From the NCBI GenBank assembly GCA_963803805.1, contig CAWDOD010000011.1, positions 448,001 through 512,000 on the forward strand: a stretch of 64,000 bases of DNA, given 5' to 3'. Position numbers and translations under genes: made by a program. This DNA comes from an uncultured cyanobacterium (lineage in GTDB: Bacteria > Cyanobacteriota > Cyanobacteriia > Cyanobacteriales > CAWCAG01). Below are positions 10,248 through 18,732 of this stretch, one piece after another; position 1 is the stretch's first letter; every line of letters begins with the position of its first letter. Under the pieces are notes generated by a model. The model was not told the DNA's origin. It saw only the letters and a program-made list of their open reading frames with translations, and did not search any database.

Positions 10248-11027
10248 GTGAACAATAATCGTCTTCAAAAAGAAACAGAGAAAATAGATTCTCAAAAGAG
10301 CGTAGGCAAAGCCCACCGGAGATATCGCCATTTGTTAAAAACTTTAAATTTGGATGATTATATTCAAGTAATTAAAGAACGAGATCAGCACAAGCAGGAA
10401 GTTATTTACGGTTTTAATCTTAACTTGAATTCAGAAGTAATTTCTTTATTTAAAGAAGTCCAAACAGATAAAATTACTGTTAAACTTAGCAAAAAATTAC
10501 TCAATGATTTTCGCTACTATGCTCTTTTTGGTCAAGGAAATAGCTTTGATACAGGAATGACTTTTTGTACTTATTACCAGCAGGATGACTTTTCTCAACC
10601 AGTAATAAGAAGTTTTATTTCTCTTGATGGAGATATTGTTCAACAAATTGGCAATGATTGCTTAACTTCGCCACAACTTACCTTAGATATTATTCGCACT
10701 CACTATTGGTTAATCAACTGTTTAATTGCTGAATTACGCCTAGATATGACCAATAAGTTAAATGGGATTTCTTGGTTACTATCTTTATTAACTGTAGGAG
10801 GATTTAGTGCTACTAATTTAGAACAAATTCAAAACTTAGACCCAATTACCTATTTTGTACCAATTATTATGTCTTGGTTTTTTAAACAAGGTTTTCAAAG
10901 ATTACTATGGTTAATTGTACCTCGTTTAGGACGTTGGTTTGTACGGCAAATGTTATTTGGTATTTTCTCAAAGACGCAAAAAATGAGAGAAATGGCTTTG
11001 AAGGTTTTGGGGACAATTGGAGTTTGA
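10248..11027 (+). CDS. Hypothetical membrane protein, member 4 of cluster
   Basis: RSFISLDGDIVQQIG motif; hydrophobic C-terminal segments. Confidence 0.8.
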   Translation: MNNNRLQKETEKIDSQKSVGKAHRRYRHLLKTLNLDDYIQVIKERDQHKQEVIYGFNLNLNSEVISLFKEVQTDKITVKLSKKLLNDFRYYALFGQGNSFDTGMTFCTYYQQDDFSQPVIRSFISLDGDIVQQIGNDCLTSPQLTLDIIRTHYWLINCLIAELRLDMTNKLNGISWLLSLLTVGGFSATNLEQIQNLDPITYFVPIIMSWFFKQGFQRLLWLIVPRLGRWFVRQMLFGIFSKTQKMREMALKVLGTIGV

Positions 11028-11099
11028 CGAGAGGATAAGAAGAAAGGTATTTTTTTTAAAACTAGGATTAACCTATTACTTATTACCTATTACTTACAA

Positions 11100-12089
11100 G
11101 TGTTAATTACTAAGCAACCAGTTTTTCAAAGATTTTGGTATCCAGTAATACCGCGATCGCACTTATTAAAACAGCCCCAGGAATTTGAATTGTTGGGACA
11201 AAAAATTGTTTTGTGGTTAGATAATTCCGGTCAAGCAGTAGCAGCAAAGAACCGTTGTTGTCATCGTTCAGCACAACTATCTCAGGGTAAAGTAATAGAT
11301 GGTAATCTTGTTTGCCCTTACCATGGTTGGAGGTTTAATAGTGAGGGAAATTGCGTTAAAGTACCCCAGTTAGAAGATAGTAGCCAGATACCTAAAACTT
11401 ATCAAATCAAAACCTATAGTTGTCAAGAACGTTATGGTTATATTTGGGTTTGTTTAGGAGAACCTCTTAATAAAATTCCTGAAATAGTTGAAGCTGAAGA
11501 TCCTAACTTTCGCCTCATTCCAGAATTTTATGAAACCTGGAATTGTGCGGGATTAAGGGTAATGGAAAATGAGCTTGATTTGGCTCATCCTACCTTCGTT
11601 CATACCACTACTTTTGGTAGTGAAGCTCATCCCATTCCCGATGCAATAGAAGCGAGAGAAACAGAATATGGCATTCATAGTTGGGCAACTTTAAGGGTGG
11701 TTAATCCGGAACAACAGCAACAAAACCTAAAAATAAGTGCGGGCATAGTTACCCGAACTTTAGATATGAAATGGTATTTACCTTTTACTGCCAAAATACG
11801 CATTAATTATCCCAATGGTTTGGTTCATATTATTGTTAATACTGCCACTCCTATTAACGATTGTAGTTCTAAAATCGTTCAATTTTGTTTGCGAAACGAT
11901 ACCGAAGCCGAAACTAAAGCCAAAGATGTAATTGCTTTTGATCGGGCAGTAACTTTAGAAGATAAAGCAATATTAGAAACCACAGATTATGATGTTCCTT
12001 TGGATCTAAAAATAGAACAGCATATGATGACTGATAAGCCAGGTATTTTGATGCGAAAAAAGTTAAGCCAGTTGATCAGTGAGCAATAA
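11100..12089 (+). CDS. Rieske non-heme iron oxygenase alpha subunit (VanA/NdmA-like)
   Basis: CCHR...CPYHGW Rieske motif; ENELDLAHPTFVH iron site. Confidence 0.92.
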   Translation: MLITKQPVFQRFWYPVIPRSHLLKQPQEFELLGQKIVLWLDNSGQAVAAKNRCCHRSAQLSQGKVIDGNLVCPYHGWRFNSEGNCVKVPQLEDSSQIPKTYQIKTYSCQERYGYIWVCLGEPLNKIPEIVEAEDPNFRLIPEFYETWNCAGLRVMENELDLAHPTFVHTTTFGSEAHPIPDAIEARETEYGIHSWATLRVVNPEQQQQNLKISAGIVTRTLDMKWYLPFTAKIRINYPNGLVHIIVNTATPINDCSSKIVQFCLRNDTEAETKAKDVIAFDRAVTLEDKAILETTDYDVPLDLKIEQHMMTDKPGILMRKKLSQLISEQ

Positions 12090-12216
12090 TCATTATTTGG
12101 CTTGCCGTTTTTGTAGACTAATAGGAAATAAGCCCTAAAACCCTCTCCCCATCAAACCTAATAAGTAAATTAAATGCCTGACAGCTTACCCCTTACCTAG
12201 CCTTTTTAGAAGTAAA

Positions 12217-12257
12217 TATGAGAAGTAAATGAAATAAATATGACTACAATATGACAA
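12217..12257 (+). promoter_or_regulatory. Four ManR-like direct-repeat boxes upstream of mntP
   Basis: TATGAGAA, AATGAAAT, TATGACTA, TATGACAA at 12217, 12228, 12239, 12250 (11-bp period); candidate extended -10 TGtTAAACT at 12276-12284. Confidence 0.7.
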
Positions 12258-12324
12258 TAATCAAATAAAAAATTCTGTTAAACTAAAGTTGTTTAAATAC
12301 TTTTTTAGTAAATATAATTAATTG

Positions 12325-12888
12325 ATGGAATTAGTAAATATTTCTCTAATCGGTGTTGGTTTAGCGGCTGATGCTTGTGCTGTTTCTTTAAGTAGCGGTT
12401 TGGTTATTAGACATATTAAAATCAATAAAGCCCTGAAAATTGCCTTGGCATTTGGCATCTTTCAAGGAATAATGCCTTTAATTGGCTGGCTAACTGGATT
12501 GGCTTTTCGTGAATTTATTATCTATGTAGATCATTGGATTGCTTTTATTTTACTAACTGTTATTGGTGGCAGAATGATCTATCAAGCTTGTCAAGAAGAA
12601 ACGGAAACTAAATTTAATCCCTTAGATAACTACACTTTATTAGGACTAGCGATCGCAACTAGTATAGACGCTTTAGCCGTTGGCTTAAGTTTGTCGGTTT
12701 TAAAAATTTCCATTCTTTCAGCAGCAGCGATTATTGGTATTATCACTTTTGGTTTATCATTAATCAGTGTTTATCTGGGACATAAATGGGGAAATCTCTG
12801 TAAGTTGAAATTAGAATTGATCGGCGGAGTTATTTTGATTTTTATTGGTAGTAAAATTTTGATGACTCATTTGTTCAATAATGGCTAA
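12325..12888 (+). CDS. mntP: Manganese efflux pump MntP
   Basis: LAADACAVS, QGIMPLIGW, DHWIAFILL, IATSIDALAVG motifs. Confidence 0.93.
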   Translation: MELVNISLIGVGLAADACAVSLSSGLVIRHIKINKALKIALAFGIFQGIMPLIGWLTGLAFREFIIYVDHWIAFILLTVIGGRMIYQACQEETETKFNPLDNYTLLGLAIATSIDALAVGLSLSVLKISILSAAAIIGIITFGLSLISVYLGHKWGNLCKLKLELIGGVILIFIGSKILMTHLFNNG

Positions 12889-12983
12889 TTGTTCATCAAA
12901 AGTAGGAAAGAGTTACCGTTTTTTTCAACTAAGAGAACTCCCATAAATCAACAAATAAAATATCCTCACCAAGTATAAAATTT

Positions 12984-13030
12984 TAGCAACTAGCCATTAG
13001 CAACTAGCAACTAGCCATTAGCAACTGCTA
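12984..13030 (+). repeat. Heptameric STRR-type repeat (TAGCAAC/TAGCCAT)
   Basis: About 6 tandem heptamers; same family at ~35236-35266 and ~17589-17618. Confidence 0.8.
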
Positions 13031-13086
13031 ATATACAAAATATAGAAGGTTCGTCTGCGTAGAAATAACTATAATCTTTTAAGCTT

Positions 13087-16000
13087 ATGCCAGTAATTAC
13101 GGTTCGGGAAGAAGGGCAGACGGAGACAGGATTTAGGGCTAGTTTACATTTTGATGGGGTGGGGAATTTTCCTTTAACTATCACCGAACCCTTTACATCG
13201 AAGCAGGAAGGGGAGTTGGAGTGGTATTTTGAGAGGTGGTTGAATCGCCCTCACCTGAATCAAGTTAAGGCAGAAAGGGCGGCGGGGAGTGTGAGAGATT
13301 ATGGGGAGGATTTGTTTAAGCAGGTATTTAAAAGTGATTTTGATGCTTATGGTGAGTATAAGCAGTTGCGGGGGAATTTATCAGAAGTAGAAATAGTGAT
13401 TGAAAGTCGTACTCCGGAGTTTCAGGCTTTGCATTGGGAGGCGATGTTAGATCCGGATTTGCCTCGCCCTTTGGCTGTGGATGCGGTGATGGTAAGGAAG
13501 ACGGTTAAAAGGGTGGCGGTAGAAGGAGAGGTTGATGTTTCTCCGGTGATTAATTTGTTGGTGGTGACTGCCCGCCCGAATGAAGATGATGATATTGCTT
13601 ATCGGGCAACTTCTCGCCCTTTAATCGCTGCAATTGAGAATAGTCAAGTGCCTGTGAATGTGGATTTGTTGCGCCCTGGTACTTATGAAGCTTTGGTTAG
13701 GCATTTGGAGGAAAAGCAGGCGGGTTTTTATCATATTATCCATTTTGATGGACATGGTAGTTTGGCGAGTTATGAACAGTTAAAAAGTATTGTTGAGAGT
13801 CCTTCTAAGCTGCTTAAGCGCTACGGTAGAGAAGATTTAGAAGCTTATGAAGGGGTGAAAGCTTTTCTCTATTTTGAAGGAGAAAAGAAAGGGAATGCAG
13901 ATCCGGTGGAAGCGCAAGAGTTTACTGATTTGTTGACGGGAAAGAGGATTCCGGTTTGCATTTTGGATGCTTGTCAGTCGGGGAAGCAGATTAGGGAAAT
14001 GGGGAAATGGGGAGATGGGGGGAAAGAGGAAGCGGAGATTAATGGAGGCAGAGAATCTTCCCAAGACAATTCTAGAGATTCCTCCGAGGCGGAAACTAGC
14101 CTGGGTAGTCGTTTGATGGCGGCGGGGATGCAGATGGTTATTGCTATGAGTTATTCTGTCACTGTTTCGGCTGCTGGGTTGTTGATGGCAGAAATGTATC
14201 GTCATCTTTGTGACAAAAAGTCTTTCCGGGAAGCCATTAGGTTGGGGCGGTTGGAGTTGTTTAACAACAAGGAGAGAAAGGCTGGTTGGAATCAAACTAT
14301 TAAATTAGAAGATTGGTTATTACCAGTGGTTTATTCCCATCGCCCTGTTGAATTGGGTTTGCGGGAATTTACCCCCCAGGAAGAAGAGGATTTTTATAAT
14401 TCCCAAGGGGATGAATATCGCTTTCCGCAACCGGAATATGGTTTTCTGGGGAGGGAGTTGGAGATATTGAAGATTGAAAAGGCTTTGTTGCGCCACAATA
14501 TCCTTTTGTTGCAAGGTATGGGAGGGACAGGCAAAACTACCCTGTTGAATTATTTGCGGGAATGGTGGCAAGTTACCAACTTTGCGGAGAAGATATTTTA
14601 TTTTGGTTATGATGAGAAGCCTTGGAGTTTAGAACAAATTGTTCACAACTTGGGTAAGGGAATTTATGACAGGTTTAAGCAAGCAAGCTTCCAAGCCATG
14701 AATCCCAAGGCACAGGCACAGAAGTTAATTAAGGAGTTGAAAAGTAACAATTATATTCTCATCCTCGATAACCTAGAATCTGTGACGGGGCAACAGTTGG
14801 CAATTCAAAATACCCTGACGAAGGAACAACAGGAAGAGTTACGCAACTTCCTTAGCCAGTTAAAGGGCGGTAAAACTAAAATAATTTTCGGTTCCCGCAG
14901 TGGGGAAGAGTGGCTGCAAAAGCAAACCTTTCAAAGCAACAGCTATCAACTCCCCGGCTTAGATCCCCAATCCCGTTCAACTTTGGCAGAGAGAATCTTG
15001 CAACGTCAGGTAGGGGATGAGGAAAAGATTACTAATTATCGCCAAAGTGAAGATTTTAACCGCTTGATGACATTGTTGGGGGGTTATCCTTTAGCCATGG
15101 AAGTTGTCTTAGCTAACCTGAAGCAACAAACTCCCACGGAAGTTTTGGCAGGGATGGAAGCCGGGGAAATTGCTTTGGATAGCGGGAGTGAGGAGAAGAC
15201 GGCGAGTATTGTTAAATGTGTGGAATATTCCCACAGTAACTTATCTCCGCAAGCACAAAGGTTATTGTTGTGTTTAGCACCTTTTCGGAAATTTATTGAT
15301 AGCCGGGATATTCCTAATTATGCCAAGCAGTTGCAGAAGTTAGCACCTTTTCAAAGTTACGACTTTACTAACTTTGCTGGGGCGATTGAGGAGGCGATTA
15401 GTTGGGGTTTGCTTTCGCCCATGGGAGATGATTCTCCTTTGCTGACGATACAGCCGGTATTTCCCTATTTTTTGAAGACGAAATTAAAAGAATTGGAGGA
15501 GGAGACTGGGGCAGCATTGGAGGAGGGGTTTAAAAATCATTACGTTGCTTTGGCGAATTATTATAATCATTTGATGGAGTCTAAGGAGGCGGAAAAGAGG
15601 AAGTTAGGCATCTTTTTCTGTGGCTTGGAATATGAGAATCTTTATAGTGCTTTGCAGGTTTGTTTGCGGAAGCAGGAAACTGTGGATATTTTCTTTTGCT
15701 TGGATCAGTACTTAGAGTTGATTAATGATATTCCTAGTGGGTTGAAGTTAGCAGAGTTTGTGGTTGAGGTGCAGGTTGCTTATCCGGAAGAAATTAGAAG
15801 GGGTGAGATAGGTTGGGAAATAGTTATGGCACAGGATAGATTGGCTTACTGTTACTTGGAAATGCAACGTTACCAAGAAGCTAAGGAAGCTTATGGGAAA
15901 GTAGCAGAGTTGTCTCAAGAATTAACAGGAATAGAAGAGAAGGAAAAGCAAAAGTATTTAGCTACTACCCGGCATAACTTGGGATATGTAGCCCAGGAGT

Positions 16001-16776
16001 TACGGGAGTTTGCCCAGGCACAGCAGTACTATCAACAAGCTTTGGATATCAAAATTGCCTATGGGGATACCCACTCCCAAGCTAGTACCCTGCATCAGTT
16101 GGGAAGAGTGGCACAGGAGTCACGGGAGTTTGCCCAGGCACAGCAGTATTATCAACAAGCTTTGGATATCTATGTTGAATATGGGGATACCTACTCCCAA
16201 GCTGGAACCCTGCATGACTTGGGATATGTAGCCCAGGAGTCACGGGAGTTTGCCCAGGCACAGCAGTACTATCAACAAGCTTTGGATATCAAAATTGCCT
16301 ATGGCGATACCCACTCTCAAGCTAGTACCCTGCATCACTTGGGATATGTAGCCCAGGAGTCACGGGAGTTTGCCCAGGCACAGCAGTACTATCAACAAGC
16401 TTTGGATATCAAAATTGCCTATGGCGATACCCACTCTCAAGCTAAAACCCTGCATCACTTGGGAATGGTGGCACAGGAGTTACGGGAGTTTGCCCAGGCA
16501 CAGCAGTACTTTCAACAAGCTTTTGATATCTATGTTGAATATGGCGATCGCTACTCCCAAGGTGGAATCCTTGGACAATTAGGCTTGTTAGCAGAGGCTC
16601 AGGAGGATTATGAGCAAGCAAGGAGTTATTTGCAGCAAGCTTTAGAGATTTATGTAGAGTTTCAGGATGAATATTATATTGAGGTGGTGCAACGGAATTT
16701 GGAGAGGCTGGGGAATCGGGAAAAGGAAGTGAAAAGATTGCTGTTGAGATTAAAAGCTTTTTACGAGAATCTTTAG
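13087..16776 (+). CDS. CHAT (caspase-like) protease - STAND/NB-ARC NTPase - TPR protein
   Basis: HFDGHG and LDACQSG catalytic motifs; Walker A GMGGTGKT; Walker B LILDNLE; GGYPLAM; C-terminal TPRs. Confidence 0.92.
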   Translation: MPVITVREEGQTETGFRASLHFDGVGNFPLTITEPFTSKQEGELEWYFERWLNRPHLNQVKAERAAGSVRDYGEDLFKQVFKSDFDAYGEYKQLRGNLSEVEIVIESRTPEFQALHWEAMLDPDLPRPLAVDAVMVRKTVKRVAVEGEVDVSPVINLLVVTARPNEDDDIAYRATSRPLIAAIENSQVPVNVDLLRPGTYEALVRHLEEKQAGFYHIIHFDGHGSLASYEQLKSIVESPSKLLKRYGREDLEAYEGVKAFLYFEGEKKGNADPVEAQEFTDLLTGKRIPVCILDACQSGKQIREMGKWGDGGKEEAEINGGRESSQDNSRDSSEAETSLGSRLMAAGMQMVIAMSYSVTVSAAGLLMAEMYRHLCDKKSFREAIRLGRLELFNNKERKAGWNQTIKLEDWLLPVVYSHRPVELGLREFTPQEEEDFYNSQGDEYRFPQPEYGFLGRELEILKIEKALLRHNILLLQGMGGTGKTTLLNYLREWWQVTNFAEKIFYFGYDEKPWSLEQIVHNLGKGIYDRFKQASFQAMNPKAQAQKLIKELKSNNYILILDNLESVTGQQLAIQNTLTKEQQEELRNFLSQLKGGKTKIIFGSRSGEEWLQKQTFQSNSYQLPGLDPQSRSTLAERILQRQVGDEEKITNYRQSEDFNRLMTLLGGYPLAMEVVLANLKQQTPTEVLAGMEAGEIALDSGSEEKTASIVKCVEYSHSNLSPQAQRLLLCLAPFRKFIDSRDIPNYAKQLQKLAPFQSYDFTNFAGAIEEAISWGLLSPMGDDSPLLTIQPVFPYFLKTKLKELEEETGAALEEGFKNHYVALANYYNHLMESKEAEKRKLGIFFCGLEYENLYSALQVCLRKQETVDIFFCLDQYLELINDIPSGLKLAEFVVEVQVAYPEEIRRGEIGWEIVMAQDRLAYCYLEMQRYQEAKEAYGKVAELSQELTGIEEKEKQKYLATTRHNLGYVAQELREFAQAQQYYQQALDIKIAYGDTHSQASTLHQLGRVAQESREFAQAQQYYQQALDIYVEYGDTYSQAGTLHDLGYVAQESREFAQAQQYYQQALDIKIAYGDTHSQASTLHHLGYVAQESREFAQAQQYYQQALDIKIAYGDTHSQAKTLHHLGMVAQELREFAQAQQYFQQAFDIYVEYGDRYSQGGILGQLGLLAEAQEDYEQARSYLQQALEIYVEFQDEYYIEVVQRNLERLGNREKEVKRLLLRLKAFYENL
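15961..16680 (+). repeat. 120-bp (40-aa) TPR tandem repeats: five near-identical plus one diverged cap
   Basis: Units start at 15961, 16081, 16201, 16321, 16441, 16561. Confidence 0.95.
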
Positions 16777-16988
16777 CAACGGAACTACACTTAGTATCTG
16801 GTCAAATTTCTAATTATCGTCTAGCCTTAGCTGATGCTGGAATTGAGAGAAAACTTTATCTAGCTGTTGTCAGTCAAGCTTATCAAAAGATAATTGGTAA
16901 GCGGTTTGCACAAAGAATTATTGAATATAATCAGATTAATATAATTGTTGTTGACTCTATCAGAGAGGAGGTAGTGCAGTGGCTTTAG
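16731..16988 (+). pseudogene. xisH: 5'-truncated XisH family gene (not in ORF track)
   Basis: Translates EKIAVEIKSFLRESLATELHLVSGQISNYRLAL...RKLYLAV...IIVVDSIREEVVQWL*; lacks the N-terminal part; directly upstream of xisI. Confidence 0.85.
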
Positions 16989-17305
16989 ATTACGCAAAGT
17001 TGGTTGAAGATATTATAGAAAAACGTCACCGGAAAAGCTCTCCCGGTCAAGTTAGAGTAGAAAAAGTTATCGATAGAGAGAATCAACATTATCTTTTAAT
17101 CCAAGTAGGCTGGAAAAACAATAAATGTCACTATGGTTGTCTTTTGCACCTAGATATAATCGACGGCAAAATCTACATTCAGCAAAACAATACCGAAGAT
17201 TTTATTGCTCAGAACTTAGTGGAATTAGGAGTGCCAAAAAGTGATATTGTTCTGGGTATTCACGCTCCTTTTGAAAGACAGTTTACCGAGTATGCTATCA
17301 GTTGA
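16979..17305 (+). CDS. xisI: XisI family protein
   Basis: HYLLIQVGW, HLDIIDGKIYIQQNNTE, LVELGVPKSDIVLG. Confidence 0.92.
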   Translation: MALDYAKLVEDIIEKRHRKSSPGQVRVEKVIDRENQHYLLIQVGWKNNKCHYGCLLHLDIIDGKIYIQQNNTEDFIAQNLVELGVPKSDIVLGIHAPFERQFTEYAIS

Positions 17306-17370
17306 GCAATGAGGTAGTTATTAGCTGTTAGCTATTAGCATCGGTTTTAGTTTTTTCCTTTTGGTAAAAA

Positions 17371-17580
17371 TGCGATCATGGTGGGGAGATTTGGAGCTGA
17401 TGGAGTGCGATCGCGGTGGGGAAGTTGGAGTTGTTGAGGTGCGATTTGATTCTCCAACCGCCAAGGATTAAAATCCCTGGCTAACAGCCCAAGTCATCTT
17501 AAAGATGACTACCAAGTACGGGGATTTTTTCTAAGTGCGATCGTATTGGAGAAGTTGGAGTTGTTGAAGTGCGATCGCAC
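17371..17580 (+). repeat. HIP1-anchored ~34-bp repeats interrupted by a REP-like double hairpin
   Basis: GCGATCGC-NGTGGRGAAGTTGGAGTTGTTGARGT units at 17372, 17407, 17537; CCAAGGATTAAAATCCCTGG and AGTCATCTTAAAGATGACT palindromes at 17461-17510. Confidence 0.8.
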
Positions 17581-17710
17581 TATCTTAACCATTAGCTATT
17601 AGCCATTAGCTATTAGCAATCGGTTTTAGTTTTTTCTATTTCGTGATAAAGCGATCGCACTTTTGCTAGTTTTGTATAATCAAATCATCAGCTTCGTCAA
17701 CACAACAAAA

Positions 17711-18028
17711 ATGACTTTTATAAGCACTGACTACAAATACATTCAAATTAATGAAAACAAAGTTCCTATCATTGCTGGAACCACCATGAAAGTAGTCGAA
17801 TTAATCACTTCAGTTAAAGCTTATAATTGGACTCCCGAACAACTCCACCAGAATTATCCATACCTTTCTATGAGTAAGATTTACTCTGCTTTGGCTTACT
17901 ACTGGGATCATCAAAAAGAACTTGATACAGATATGGAAAGACGTTATCAGTTTGCTGAGAAAATGCGGCGAGAAGCAACCCATACTTCTTTAGCTGAAAA
18001 ACTAAAAGCTAGAGGGTTTGTCAAGTGA
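17711..18028 (+). CDS. DUF433 family putative antitoxin
   Basis: PIIAGTTMKV, TPEQLHQNYPYLS..IYSALAYYWDH. Confidence 0.9.
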   Translation: MTFISTDYKYIQINENKVPIIAGTTMKVVELITSVKAYNWTPEQLHQNYPYLSMSKIYSALAYYWDHQKELDTDMERRYQFAEKMRREATHTSLAEKLKARGFVK

Positions 18029-18373
18029 CTATAGCTCTTTATATGGATGAGCAAGTCCCCAAAGCCATTACTGTTAGTTTACGACAAAGAGATGTTGATG
18101 TTCTCTCTATTCAAGAGGATAGTCGCAGTGGCTACCCTGACCCCATTTTACTTGACCGGGCAACGGAATTAGAAAGAGTTATGTTTTCGCAAGATGACTC
18201 TTTCTTAGCTGAAGCACATCGCCGTCAAACAGAAGGAGTAGATTTTGCTGGTGTTATCTATGCTCATCAAAAAAAATATTTCTCTTGGAGATTGTATCCG
18301 CGATTTGGAAATAGTTGCTAAGGTTTTGGAACCAGAGGATTGCGCTAATCTTGTGCATTATCTCCCTCTATAA
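18025..18373 (+). pseudogene. DUF5615 PIN-like toxin, frameshifted at an A8 run
   Basis: LYMDEQVP..D..LLDRA..SQDDSF; removing one A at 18269-18276 gives QKNISLGDCIRDLEIVAKVLEPEDCANLVHYLPL*. Confidence 0.85.
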
Positions 18374-18384
18374 ACAGTATTTTG

Positions 18385-18457
18385 TAGCGATTATCTCAGA
18401 AGTTGGAGTTGATGAGGTGCGATCGCAGTGGAGAGGTTGGAGTTGTTGATCGTCGAT
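18385..18457 (+). repeat. Two more HIP1-anchored repeat units
   Basis: GAAGTTGGAGTTGATGAGGTGCGATCGCAGTGGAGAGGTTGGAGTTGTTGA. Confidence 0.75.
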
Positions 18458-18732
18458 ATAATTTCGCCCCCCGGCCCCAATCTGGGAAAGAAAATAACTT
18501 AAAGTTTCAGCAACGCGCGATCGCTTGGATAAGGTAAGGAAATTTAGTTATCAACTTGGCATAAAAAATGAGTTTGCATGAGCCAACTTGACAATTTTTG
18601 CGTAAATACTCTTAATTTATTTTCTTGATGAAGTTGCTTTTTTGCTATTTACTTTGTGAGGAAAATAATTTTAACATAACAACGAGGCAACTAAAAGCAA
18701 GAATCTATACAAAAGAATAAAGGAAAGTACTG

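Noticed and set aside
12090-12324. yybP-ykoY riboswitch before mntP
   Set aside because: AT-rich region with no recognisable paired structure; direct repeats explain it better
15961-16560. TPR variation as a diversity-generating retroelement
   Set aside because: Variation is not adenine-specific, and no template repeat or reverse transcriptase is in the window
16010-16582. Two MPRHSS ORFs
   Set aside because: Alternate-frame readings of the TPR repeats
16731-17305. fdxN-type excision element
   Set aside because: No XisF-like recombinase or interrupted nif/fdxN gene; xisHI pairs commonly occur alone
17371-18457. 34-bp repeats as a CRISPR array
   Set aside because: Units abut without unique spacers, are degenerate, and no cas genes are present
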